Below the pieces are notes generated by a model that was not told the origin of the DNA, did not search any database, and saw nothing but the letters and a program-made list of their open reading frames with translations. The position numbers and the translations under genes are program-made. Below are positions 36,301 to 49,840 of a stretch of 64,000 bases of DNA, one piece after another (the first letter of the stretch is position 1; each line of letters begins with the position of its first letter). Source of the stretch: Eledone cirrhosa (lineage: Eukaryota); NCBI GenBank assembly GCA_964016885.1, contig OZ024742.1, positions 360,902,001 to 360,966,000 of the forward strand, read 5' to 3'.

Positions 36301-39300
36301 TCACAACTAGTTCAAGCTGACTCTATTGCTATGCTGTATAGTTAGTCTTACAACTAGTTCAAGCTGACTCTATATAGTTAGTCTCACAACTGGTTCAAGC
36401 TGATTCTATATAGTTAGTCTCACAACTAGTTCAAGCTGATTTATATATAGTTAGTATCACAACTAGTTCAAGCTGACTCTATATAGTTAGTCTCACAACT
36501 AGTTCAAGCTGACTCTATATAGTTAGTCTCACAACTAGTTCAAGCTGACTCTATATAGTTAGTCTCACAACTAGTTCAAGCTGATTTATATATAGTTAGT
36601 CTCACAACTAGTTCAAGCTGACTCTATATAGTTAGTCTCACAATTAGTTCAAACTGACTCTATATAGTTAGTCTCACAACTAGTTGAAACTAACTCTATA
36701 TAGTTAGTCTCACAACTAGTTCAAACTGACTCTATATAGTTAGTCTCACAACTGGTTCAAGCTGACTCTATATAGTCAGTCTCACAACTGGTTCAAACTA
36801 ACTCTATATAGTTAGTCTCACAACTAGTTCAAGCTGACTTTATATAGTTAGTCTCACAACTAGTTCAAGCTGACTCTATATAGTTAGTCTCACAACTAGT
36901 TCAAGCTGACTCTATATAGTTAGTCTCACAACTAGTTCAAGCTGACTTTATATAGTTAGTCTCACAACTGGTTCAAGCTGACTTTATATAGTTAGTCTCA
37001 CAACTAGTTCAAGCTGACTTTATATAGTTAGTCTCACAACTAGTTCAAGCTGACTCTATATAGTTAGTCTCACAACTAGTTCAAGCTGACTCTATATAGT
37101 TAGTCTCACAACTGGTTCAAGCTGACTCTATATAGTTAGTCTCACAACTGGTTCAAGCTGACTCTATATAGTTAGTCTCACAACTAGTTCAAGCTGACTC
37201 TATTGCTATGCTGTATAGTTAGTCTCACAACTAGTTCAAGCTGACTCTATATAGTTAGTCTCACAACTGGTTCAAGCTGACTCTATATAGTTAGTCTCAC
37301 AACTAGTTCAAGCTGACTCTATTGCTATGCTGTATAGTTAGTCTCACAACTAGTTCAAGCTGACTCTATATAGTTAGTCTCACAACTGGTTCAAGCTGAC
37401 TCTATATAGTTAGTCTCACAACTAGTTCAAGCTGATTTATATATAGTTAGTATCACAACTAGTTCAAGCTGACTCTATATAGTTAGTCTCACAACTAGTT
37501 CAAGCTGATTTATATATAGTTAGTCTCACAACTAGTTCAAGCTGACTCTATATAGTTAGTCTCACAACTAGTTCAAGCTGACTCTATATAGTTAGTCTCA
37601 CAACTAGTTCAAGCTGACTCTATATAGTTAGTCTCACAATTAGTTCAAACTGACTCTATATAGTTAGTCTCACAACTAGTTGAAACTAACTCTATATAGT
37701 TAGTCTCACAACTAGTTCAAACTGACTCTATATAGTTAGTCTCACAACTGGTTCAAGCTGACTCTATATAGTCAGTCTCACAACTGGTTCAAACTAACTC
37801 TATATAGTTAGTCTCACAACTAGTTCAAGCTGACTTTATATAGTTAGTCTCACAACTAGTTCAAGCTGACTCTATATAGTTAGTCTCACAACTAGTTCAA
37901 GCTGACTCTATATAGTTAGTCTCACAACTAGTTCAAGCTGACTCTATATTGTTAGTCTCACAACTAGTTCAAGCTGACTCTATATAGTTAGTCTCCCAAC
38001 TGGTTCAAACTAACTCTATATAGTTAGTCTCACAACTAGTTCAAGCTGACTTTATATAGTTAGTCTCACAACTAGTTCAAGCTGACTCTATATAGTTAGT
38101 CTCACAACTAGTTCAAGCTGACTCTATATAGTTAGTCTCCCAACTGGTTCAAACTAACTCTATGTAGTTAGTCTCACAACTAGTTCAAGCTGACTCTGTT
38201 TAGTTAGTCTCACAACTAGCTCAAGCTGACTCTATATAGTTAGTCTCCCAACTGGTTCAAACTAACTCTATATAGTTAGTCTCACAACTAGTTCAAGCTG
38301 ACTCTGTTTAGTTAGTCTCACAACTAGTTCAAGCTGACTCTATATAGTTAGTCTCACAACTAGTTCAAGCTGACTCTAATGCTATGCTGTATAGTTAGTC
38401 TCACAACTAGTTCAAGCTGACTCTATTGCTATGCTGTATAGTTAGTCTCACAACTAGTTCAAGCTGACTCTATATAGTTAGTCTCACAACTAGTTCAAGC
38501 TGACTCCATTGTTATGCTGTATAGTTAGTCTCACAACTAGTTCAAGCTGACTCTATATAGTTAGTCTCACAACTAGTTCAAGCAAATTCTATATAGTTAG
38601 TCTCACAACTAGTTCAAACTAACTCTATATAGTTAGTCTCACAACTAGTTCAAGCTGACTCTATATAGTTAGTCTCACAACTAGTTCAAACTAACTCTAT
38701 ATAGTTAGTCTCACAACTAGTTCAAGCTGACTCGATTGCTATGCTGTATAGTTAGTCTCACAACTAGTTCAAGCTGACTTTATATAGTTAGTCTCACAAC
38801 TAGTTCAAGCTGACTCTATATAGTTGGTCTCACAACTAGTTCAAGCTGACTCTATATAGTTAGTCTCACAACTGGTTCAAGCTGACTCTATATAGTTAGT
38901 CTCACAACTAGTTCAAGCTGACCCTATTGCTATGCTGTATAGTTAGTCTCACAACTAGTTCAAGCTGACTCTGTTTAGTTAGTCTCACAACTAGTTCAAG
39001 CTGACTCTATATAGTTAGTCTCACAACTAGTTCAAGCTGACTCTAATGCTATGCTGTATAGTTAGTCTCACAACTAGTTCAAGCTGACTCTATATAGTTA
39101 GTCTCCCAACTGGTTCAAATTAACTCTATATAGTTAGTCTCACAACTAGTTCAAGCTGACTTTATATAGTTAGTCTCACAACTAGTTCAAGCTGACTCTA
39201 TATAGTTAGTCTCACAACTAGTTCAAGCTGACTCTATATTGTTAGTCTCCCAACTGGTTCAAACTAACTCTATATAGTTAGTCTCACAACTAGTTCAAGC

Positions 39301-42300
39301 TGACTTTATATAGTTAGTCTCACAACTAGTTCAAGCTGACTCTATTGCTATGCTGTATAGTTAGTCTCACAACTAGTTCAAGCTGACTCTATATAGTTAG
39401 TCTCACAACTAGTTCAAGCTGACTCCATTGTTATGCTGTATAGTTAGTCTCACAACTAGTTCAAGCTGACTCGATTGCTATGCTGTATAGTTAGTCTCAC
39501 AACTGGTTCAAGCTGAGTCTATATAGTTAGTCTCACAACTAGTTCAAGCTGACTCTATATAGTTAGTCTCACAACTAGTTCAAGCTGACTCTATATAGTT
39601 AGTCTCACAAATGGTTCAAACTAACTCTATATAGTTAGACTCACAACTGGTTCAAACTAACTCTATATAGTTAGACTCACAACTGGTTCAAGCTGAGTCT
39701 ATATAGTTAGTCTCACAACTAGTTCCAGCTGACTCTATATAGTTAGTCTCACAACTACTTCAAGCTGACTCTTTATAGTTAGTCTCACAACTAGTTCAAG
39801 CTGACTCTGTATAGTTAGTCTCACAACTAGTTCAAACTAACTCTATATAGTTAGTCTCACAACTAGTTCAAACTGACTCTATATAGTTAGTCTCACAACT
39901 AGTTCAAGCTGACTCTATATAGTTAGTCTCACAACTAGTTCAAGCTGACTCTATATAGTTAGTCTCACAATTAGTTCAAACTGACTCTATATAGTTAGTC
40001 TCACAACTAGTTGAAACTAACTCTATATAGTTAGTCTCACAACTAGTTCAAACTGACTCTATATAGTTAGTCTCACAACTGGTTCAAGCTGACTCTATAT
40101 AGTCAGTCTCACAACTGGTTCAAACTAACTCTATATAGTTAGTCTCACAACTAGTTCAAGCTGACTTTATATAGTTAGTCTCACAACTAGTTGAAGCTGA
40201 CTCTATATAGTTAGTCTCACAACTAGTTCAAGCTGACTCTTTATAGTTAGTCTCACAACTAGTTCAAGCTGACTCTATATTGTTAGTCTCACAACTAGTT
40301 CAAGCTGACTCTATATAGTTAGTCTCCCAACTGGTTCAAACTAACTCTATATAGTTAGTCTCACAACTAGTTCAAGCTGACTCTGTTTAGTTAGTCTCAC
40401 AACTAGTTCAAGCTGACTCTATATAGTTAGTCTCACAACTAGTTCAAGCTGACTCTAATGCTATGCTGTATAGTTAGTCTCACAACTAGTTCAAGCTGAC
40501 TCTATTGCTATGCTGTATAGTTAGTCTCACAACTAGTTCAAGCTGACTCTATATAGTTAGTCTCACAACTAGTTCAAGCTGACTCCATTGTTATGCTGTA
40601 TAGTTAGTCTCACAACTAGTTCAAGCTGACTCTATATAGTTAGTCTCACAACTAGTTCAAGCAAATTCTATATAGTTAGTCTCACAACTAGTTCAAACTA
40701 ACTCTATATAGTTAGTCTCACAACTAGTTCAAGCTGACTCTATATAGTTAGTCTCACAACTAGTTCAAACTAACTCTATATAGTTAGTCTCACAACTAGT
40801 TCAAGCTGACTCGATTGCTATGCTGTATAGTTAGTCTCACAACTAGTTCAAGCTGACTTTATATAGTTAGTCTCACAACTAGTTCAAGCTGACTCTATAT
40901 AGTTAGTCTCACAACTACTTCAAGCTGACTCTATATAGTTAGTCTCACAACTGGTTCAAGCTGACTCTATATAGTTAGTCTCACAACTATTCCAAGCTGA
41001 CTCTATTGCTATGCTGTATATTTAGTCTCACAACTAGTTCAAGCTGACTCTGTTTAGTTAGTCTCACAACTAGTTCAAGCTGACTCTATATAGTTAGTCT
41101 CACAACTAGTTCAAGCTGACTCTAATGCTATGCTGTATAGTTAGTCTCACAACTAGTTCAAGCTGACTCTATATAGTTAGTCTCCCAACTGGTTCAAATT
41201 AACTCTATATAGTTAGTCTCACAACTAGTTCAAGCTGACTTTATATAGTTAGTCTCACAACTAGTTCAAGCTGACTCTATATAGTTAGTCTCACAACTAG
41301 TTCAAGCTGACTCTATATAGTTAGTCTCCCAACTGGTTCAAACTAACTCTATATAGTTAGTCTCACAACTAGTTCAAGCTGACTTTATATAGTTAGTCTC
41401 ACAACTAGTTCAAGCTGACTCTATATAGTTAGTCTCACAACTAGTTCAAGCTGACTCTATATAGTTAGTCTCCCAACTGGTTCAAACTAACTCTATGTAG
41501 TTAGTCTCACAACTAGTTCAAGCTGACTCTGTTTAGTTAGTCTCACAACTAGCTCAAGCTGACTCTATATAGTTAGTCTCCCAACTGGTTCAAACTAACT
41601 CTATATAGTTAGTCTCACAACTAGTTCAAGCTGACTCTGTTTAGTTAGTCTCACAACTAGTTCAAGCTGACTCTATATAGTTAGTCTCACAACTAGTTCA
41701 AGCTGACTCTAATGCTATGCTGTATAGTTAGTCTCACAACTAGTTCAAGCTGACTCTATTGCTATGCTGTATAGTTAGTCTCACAACTAGTTCAAGCTGA
41801 CTCTATATAGTTAGTCTCACAACTAGTTCAAGCTGACTCCATTGTTATGCTGTATAGTTAGTCTCACAACTAGTTCAAGCTGACTCTATATAGTTAGTCT
41901 CACAACTGGTTCAAGCTGACTCTATATAGTTAGTCTCACAACTAGTTCAAGCTGACTCGATTGCTATGCTGTATAGTTAGTCTCACAACTAGTTCAAGCT
42001 GACTCTATTGCTATGATGTATAGTTAGTCTCACAACTAGTTCAAGCTGACTCTATATAGTTAGTCTCACAACTGGTTCAAGCTGAGTCTATATAGTTAGT
42101 CTCACAACTAGTTCAAGCTGACTCTATATAGTTAGTCTCACAACTAGTTCAAGCTGACTCTATATAGTTAGTCTCACAAATGGTTCAAACTAACTCTATA
42201 TAGTTAGACTCACAACTGGTTCAAGCTGAGTCTATATAGTTAGTCTCACAACTAGTTCCAGCTGACTCTATATAGTTAGTCTCACAACTACTTCAAGCTG

Positions 42301-44103
42301 ACTCTTTATAGTTAGTCTCACAACTAGTTCAAGCTGACTCTGTATAGTTAGTCTCACAACTAGTTCAAGCAAATTCTATATAGTTAGTCTCACAACTAGT
42401 TCAAACTAACTCTATATAGTTAGTCTCACAACTAGTTCAAGCTGACTCTATATAGTTAGTCTCACAACTAGTTCAAACTAACTCTATATAGTTAGTCTCA
42501 CAACTAGTTCAAACTAACTCTATATAGTTAGTCTCACAACTAGTTCAAGCTGACTCTATATAGTTAGTCTCACAACTAGTTCAAGCTGACTCTATATAGT
42601 TAGTCTCACAACTAGTTCAAGCTGACTCTATATAGTTAGTCTCACAACTAGTTCAAGCTGACTTTATATAGTTAGTCTCACAACTGGTTCAAGCTGACTT
42701 TATATAGTTAGTCTCACAACTAGTTCAAGCTGACTTTATATAGTTAGTCTCACAACTAGTTCAAGCTGACTCTATATAGGTAGTCTCACAACTAGTTCAA
42801 GCTGACTCTATATAGTTAGTCTCACAACTGGTTCAAGCTGACTCTATATAGTTAGTCTCACAACTGGTTCAAGCTGACTCTATATAGTTAGTCTCACAAC
42901 TAGTTCAAGCTGACTCTATTGCTATGCTGTATAGTTAGTCTCACAACTAGTTCATGCTGACTCTATATAGTTAGTCTCACAACTGGTTCAAGCTGACTCT
43001 ATATAGTTAGTCTCACAACTAGTTCAAGCTGACTCTATTGCTATGCTGTATAGTTAGTCTCACAACTAGTTCAAGCTGACTCTATATAGTTAGTCTCACA
43101 ACTAGTTCAAGCTGACTCTATATAGTTAGTCTCACAACTAGTTCAAGCTGACTTTATATAGTTAGTCTCACAACTGGTTCAAGCTGACTTTATATAGTTA
43201 GTCTCACAACTAGTTCAAGCTGACTTTATATAGTTAGTCTCACAACTAGTTCAAGCTGACTCTATATAGTTAGTCTCACAACTAGTTCAAGCTGACTCTA
43301 TATAGTTAGTCTCACAACTGGTTCAAGCTGACTCTATATAGTTAGTCTCACAACTGGTTCAAGCTGACTCTATATAGTTAGTCTCACAACTAGTTCAAGC
43401 TGACTCTACTGCTATGCTGTATAGTTAGTCTCACAACTAGTTCAAGCTGACTCTATATAGTTAGTCTCACAACTGGTTCAAGCTGACTCTATATAGTTAG
43501 TCTCACAACTAGTTCAAGCTGACTCTATTGCTATGCTGTATAGTTAATCTCACAACTAGTTCAAGCTGACTCTATATTGTTAGTCTCACAACTGGTTCAA
43601 GCTGACTCTATATAGTTAGTCTCACAACTAGTTCAAGCTGACTCGATTGCTATGCTGTATAGTTAGTCTCACAACTAGTTAAAGCTGACTCTATATAGTT
43701 AGTCTCACAACTAGTTCAAGCTGACTCGATTGCTATGCTGTATAGTTAGTCTCACAACTAGTTCAAGCTGACTCTATATAGTTAGTCTCACAACTAGTTC
43801 AAGCTGACTCTATATAGTTAGTCTCACAACTAGTTCAAGCTGACTCTATTGCTATGCTGTATACTTAGTCTCACAACTAGTTCAAGCTGACTCTATATAG
43901 TTAGTCTCACAACTAGTTCAAGCTGACTCGATTGCTATGCTGTATAGTTAGTCTCACAACTAGTTCAAGCTGACTCTATATAGTTAGTCTCACAACTAGT
44001 TCAAGCTGACTCAATTGCTATGCTTTATAGTTATTCTCACAACTAGTTCAAGCTGACTCTATATAGTTAGTCTCACAACTAGTTCAAGCTGACTCGATTG
44101 CTA
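30311..44103. repeat. 36-bp satellite (47-bp variant interspersed), about 13.8 kb and roughly 370 units
   Basis: Unit TAGTTAGTCTCACAACTAGTTCAAGCTGACTCTATA; the variant carries an extra 11 nt (TGCTATGCTGT). Confidence 0.98.
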
Positions 44104-44235
44104 TCCTGTTCACCAATTCTCCTTGACATATATCTATCTACAGAAATATCCTCTCATGACATTACAACATTCAGAAATATTCTTAGAATTTAAAAACGTT
44201 TAAAATAACTTTAACCCATTTAAAATGATATATAT

Positions 44236-44269
<34 letters not shown>

Positions 44270-44292
44270 ATACATATATATATATATATATA

Positions 44293-44940
44293 TAAACGGA
44301 AAAAATGAAACAAAATTTCATTTCCCTCTCTTAGTACGGCTGTTACTTAAATATAAGTATGTACACGTACATACATATATGTATACAGACATACAGTAGT
44401 ATGTATATATATATACATACATGCACATATATATATATATATATATATGTGTACGTATGGATTCACCGAACATTTATTATAATGATCGGTGTGTTTGTAA
44501 ACAAACATCCCGTATTAAGCCGTAGTGTCCAGCAATCATCGTTGCTCATTTGTTCAACACTGACAAAGGAACGCTGTACTAGTTTCAAGCTTATTAGCTA
44601 TCATCAGCAGCGTATACCTTCCTGCCAGAGTGTTGAACATGTGAAAGTATATACTTACCTTATGCATATTAACGGCTGAGTAGCCCAATTTGCATATCGA
44701 GTGGGTTAATCGGCCGAGTGCACCAAAAATGGTAAACGGAAAAAATGAAACGAAATTTCATTTCCCACTCTTAGTACGGCTGTTACTTCAATATAAGTAT
44801 GTACACGTACATACATATATGTATACAGACATACAGTAGTATGTATATATATATACATACATGCACACATATATATATGTACGTATGTATTCACCGAACA
44901 TTTATTATAATGCTCGGTGTGTTTGTAAACAAACATCCTG
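44293..44940 (-). mobile_element. Retrozyme-like element (family 6): 440-bp unit present as about 1.5 tandem copies
   Basis: 44293-44510 repeats at 44733-44938; a complete hammerhead lies in the unique part; TA flanks. Confidence 0.8.
44572..44612 (-). ncRNA. Minimal type I hammerhead ribozyme, intact
   Basis: Minus strand CGCTG-CTGATGA-TAGCT aata AGCTT-GAAAC-TA-GTA-CAGCG; palindromic stem III ACTAGT; GUA triplet; stem I extended by TGTTCAACAC/GTGTTGAACA. Confidence 0.88.
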
Positions 44941-44987
44941 TATTATATATATATATATATATACACACATATATATATACACATGCA

Positions 44988-45698
44988 CATCATCATCATC
45001 ATCATCATCATCATCATTTAACGTCCATCTTCCACGCTTGCATAGGTTTGGACGGGGGTATTCCCACTTGAGGCAAGAGTGATTGTCTTGCTCGCATAGG
45101 ACTGTCTGGCGGGTGTTCTACGGCTGGATGCCCTTCCTAACACCAACCACATTTACAGTGTGGGGTTGGGAGGTTTTTACCGTGTTGCCTACTACGGCCA
45201 CATTACAGCATGGACTGTGTGTTTTTTTGTCGTGACACCAACACGACCTCATTTGTTTCGGACTGGATGTTGTGGTACCAACATAACTTCACATTTAAGG
45301 GGGTTTTGTGGATGGGGTGGGGGTAGTGGGACGGGGATGTATTTTGTTAGAGGTGCCTACTGACTGTAGTAAGTTTCACTTTGTACTTAGGTAAGGTGGG
45401 TCTTCTGTATTACTGTGTAGCGCCAAAGATCTCGGTCCAGTGACATTGTCTTGGAGAGCTGTAAGTGTGTGAGGTCGGAATTTATCAAGTCGTCCCAGGT
45501 TTTTCTGGGTCTGCCTACTCCGTGGCTACCGTCTATCTTTATTGCGCTGCACTTTTTTATACAGCTGTCGTCTTTCATGCGCATCACGTGACTGTATCAA
45601 CGTAGTCTTCTGTTGAGTAAACAACATCTGATCCCTCTTATTCCTAATTTCTCCCTTAGTTCGTTTATGCTTTGCCGTTCATGTATATTACTATTACA
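44988..45698 (-). mobile_element. RTE LINE copy E1 (left half of a head-to-head dimer)
   Basis: Tail at the left; joins E2 directly. Confidence 0.9.
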
Positions 45699-45700
45699 CC

Positions 45701-46797
45701 AGCTAACTAAGAATATAGATTTTATATGTGGCCGGTGCTCTGGTGCAATAAGTAGCAGCAAGTCCAATAAGTGCTCTGGTGCAATAAGTAGCAGCAATAC
45801 TAGCTCATTTCATTGCACAGATGGTTCTATAGAAATAGTGGACACCTTCCGTTACCTGGGTGACAAAATCAGCAGTGAGGGAGGGTGTTCTGAAAGTACA
45901 GTAGCTAGAGTCAGAACGGGATGGAAAAAGTTCAGAGAGCTTATACCACTATTGGCCGCTAAAGGGTTCTCTCTAAAAATGAAAGGCAGGCTGTATGATG
46001 CCTGTATACGAACAGCAATGTTACATGGCAGTGAGACCTGGGCATTGTGTGCAGAGGATATACGCAGACTGGAGAGAAACGAAGCTTGCATGCTCCGCTG
46101 GATGTGTAATAGTAATATACGTGAACGGCAAAGCATAAACAAACTAAGGGAGAAATTAGGAATAAGGGAATAAGAGGGATCAGATGTTGTTTACTCGAGA
46201 GAAGACTATGTTGGTACGGTCACGTGATGCGCATGAAAGACGACAGCTGTATAAAAAAGTGCAGGGCGATAAAAATAGACGGTAGCCACGGAGTAGGCTG
46301 ACCCAGAAAAACCTGGGACGACTTGATAAATTCCGACCTCACACACACCTCTCCAAGACAATGTCACTGGACCGAGATCTTTGGCGCTACACAGTCATAC
46401 AGAAGACCCGCCTTGCCTAAGTACAAAGCGAAACCTACAGTCAGTAGGCACCTCTAACAAAATACACCCCGTCCCACTACCCCCACCCCATCCACACCAC
46501 CCCCTTATATGTGAAGTTATGTTGGTACCACAACATCCAGTCCGAAACAAATGCGGTCGTGTAGGTGTCACGGCAAAAAAACACACAGTCCACGCTGTAA
46601 TGTGGCCGTGTAGGTAACACGGTAAAAACCTCCCAGTCCACACTGTAAACGTGGTTGGTGTTAGGAAGGGCACCCAGCCGTAGAAAACCTGCCAGACAGT
46701 CCTATACGAGCAGGACAACCAATCTTGCTTCAAGTGGGAAAACTCCCGTCCAAACCCATGCAAGCGTGGAAGATGGACGTTAAACGATGATGATGAT
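45701..46797 (+). mobile_element. RTE LINE copy E2, 5'-truncated, frameshifted
   Basis: Starts LTKNIDF; small internal duplications near 45735-45797 and 46160; tail at the right. Confidence 0.9.
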
Positions 46798-46824
46798 ATA
46801 TGTATATATATGTATATGTATATA

Positions 46825-46931
<107 letters not shown>

Positions 46932-46933
46932 AT

Positions 46934-47631
<698 letters not shown>

Positions 47632-47652
47632 TATATATGTATATATATATAT

Positions 47653-47711
47653 GTCCAGAATTAGCCGTCGAAACAGCTTGAGCCCAGCCGTCGGGGTCCT
47701 ACTTGTTCCTA
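47653..47711 (+). mobile_element. Solo arm of hammerhead element family 2
   Basis: GTCCAGAATTAGCCGTCGAAACAGCTTGAGCCCAGCCGTCGGGGTCCTAC embedded in (TA)n. Confidence 0.75.
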
Positions 47712-47717
47712 TATATG

Positions 47718-47817
<100 letters not shown>

Positions 47818-47821
47818 TATA

Positions 47822-48505
47822 TAAGAACATAGATTTTACATGTGGCCGGTGCTCTGGTGAAATAAGTAGCAGCAATACTAGCAGAGGGTTCTATAGAAAT
47901 AGTGGACAGTTTCCGTTACCTGGGTGATAAAATCAGCAGTGGAGGAGGGTGCTCTGAAAGTACAGTAGCTAGAGTCAGAACTGGTTGGAAAAAGTTCAGA
48001 GAGCTTATACCACTATTAGCTGCTAAAGGGTTCTCCCTAAAAAAGAAAGGTAGGCTGTACGATGCCTGCATACGAACAGCAATGTTGCATGGCAGTGAGA
48101 CCTGGGCATTGTGTGCAGAGGATATACGCAGACTAGAGAGGAACGAAGCTTGCATGCTCCGCTGGATGTGTAACAGTAATATACGTGAACGGCAAAGCAT
48201 AAACGAACTAAGGAAAAAATTAGAAATAAGAGGGATCAGATGTTGTTTACTCGAGAGAAGGCTACGTTGGTATGGACACGTGATGCGCATGAAAGACGAC
48301 AGCTGTATAACAAAGTGCAGGGCAATAAAGATAGACGGTAGCCACGGAATAGGCAGACCTAGAAAAACCTGGGACGAGCTGATAAACTCCGACCTCACAC
48401 ACTTACACCTCTCCAAGACAATGTCACTGGACCGAGACCTTTGGCGGTACTCAGTAACAGAGAAGACCCGCCTTACCTAAATACATAGTAAAACCTACTA
48501 CAGCC
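47822..48505 (+). mobile_element. RTE LINE copy G (A subfamily), truncated at both ends
   Basis: ORF end ...TEKTRLT* at 48480; 3'UTR and tail lost. Confidence 0.9.
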
Positions 48506-48816
48506 AGGTTGTGTTCTGGAGCAAAACCCTTAATTTCATGTTGCTCCAGAATATTCAGTTGAAAATAAGTACCGGCAGTTGCAAGGAGTTAAGCCTTCAA
48601 TGGACTGGTGTCCTGTCGAGGGGTAAGTTTTGTACTTTTAGTCACCTAACACCAATGGCACCATGATAAACACCCTAATGAGTCTCCTAGCTTGGAACAG
48701 ACTTGTTATATATAACGTCTGTATTTCTATTTATCATGCCGTATAATAGAATTATATAACATCTTTATTAATAGTGGAATTATAATATACTCTCTTACTA
48801 TTATAGATGAAATTGG

Positions 48817-49250
48817 AGGGCAGTGGATTGTCAGAATCGGTAGAGCATTGGACATTTTACTTTGTGGCATATAGTTACGGCCCTTTACGTTCTGAGTTCA
48901 AATCCCACTGATGTTAGCTTTGCCTTTCATCTTTACTGGGTCGATAAAATAAAGTACCAGTCACACACACGGGTTGATTTAATCGACCCCCCCGCCTCCA
49001 AAATTTTTGGCCTTGTGCCTATATAAGCAACCATTATTACAGATGGAATTGGAGGGTGGTGGATTGGCAGAATTGGTAGTATTATGATATTTGTTTCAGT
49101 TCTTTACATTCTGATATCAAATCCTGTCTATGGTAACTTTGCCTTTCATCCTTATGGGGGGAGGGGGGGGGTCAATGAAATAAAGTACCAGTTATGTACT
49201 GAGACCAAGCTAATCGACTTTTCCTTTTTCTCAACTCACTGGCCTTGTAC
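48817..49250 (+). mobile_element. Two tandem Meta-core tRNA SINEs
   Basis: GGATTG(G/T)CAGAAT.GGTAG heads and GCCTTTCATC cores at about 48922 and 49141. Confidence 0.75.
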
Positions 49251-49840
49251 CTATGAACAATGAAAATTATTGTGTACAGTGCTCAGGTGCACTACAACTC
49301 ATCAAAGGTGTATGTATAGTACATAGAATAATGTACAAAAGTCAGAAAGATAAACAGTGTATGAGTCGTGATACATACACACACATTACTGACCTTGTGC
49401 CTGTATTAAAGGTCATTATTATAGCAGGAATAATGTCCCAACTGTATTTAATGACTTCATAATAAGTGTTTTACATATCTGGGTCATTGTATTTTAACCC
49501 TTGCATTATCGTATTTCTAATTGCTTCTGGTTTTCAAATAACTTTTTAGATAATCAAGAATTAGTAGGTATTTAGGACATAAAGCATTGCCTGGTCCATA
49601 CATCGTGAGGTTGTCAGTTCGATTCCTGGACCAGGCGATGCGTTATGTTCTTGAGCAAGACACTTTATTTTACGTTACTCCTTCTACCTAGAGTTGCGAC
49701 CGATAGATAGTATTACCAATTGCAGAGACCAATGGAAATATTGTTTCCTTGATCCGATTTGACGAAAGTCGATCGACTCTCTTTAGTAATATAACTAACT
49801 TCCTCATTATTCAGCTGGTGTTTGGAACTTAACTTAACCC

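Noticed and set aside
30311-44103. 36-bp repeats as a CRISPR array
   Set aside because: Head-to-tail with no unique spacers, no cas genes, eukaryotic context
49762-49782. GAAA-GTCGATCGAC-TC as a half hammerhead
   Set aside because: No CTGANGA or stem I partner and no element context; may be a chance palindrome
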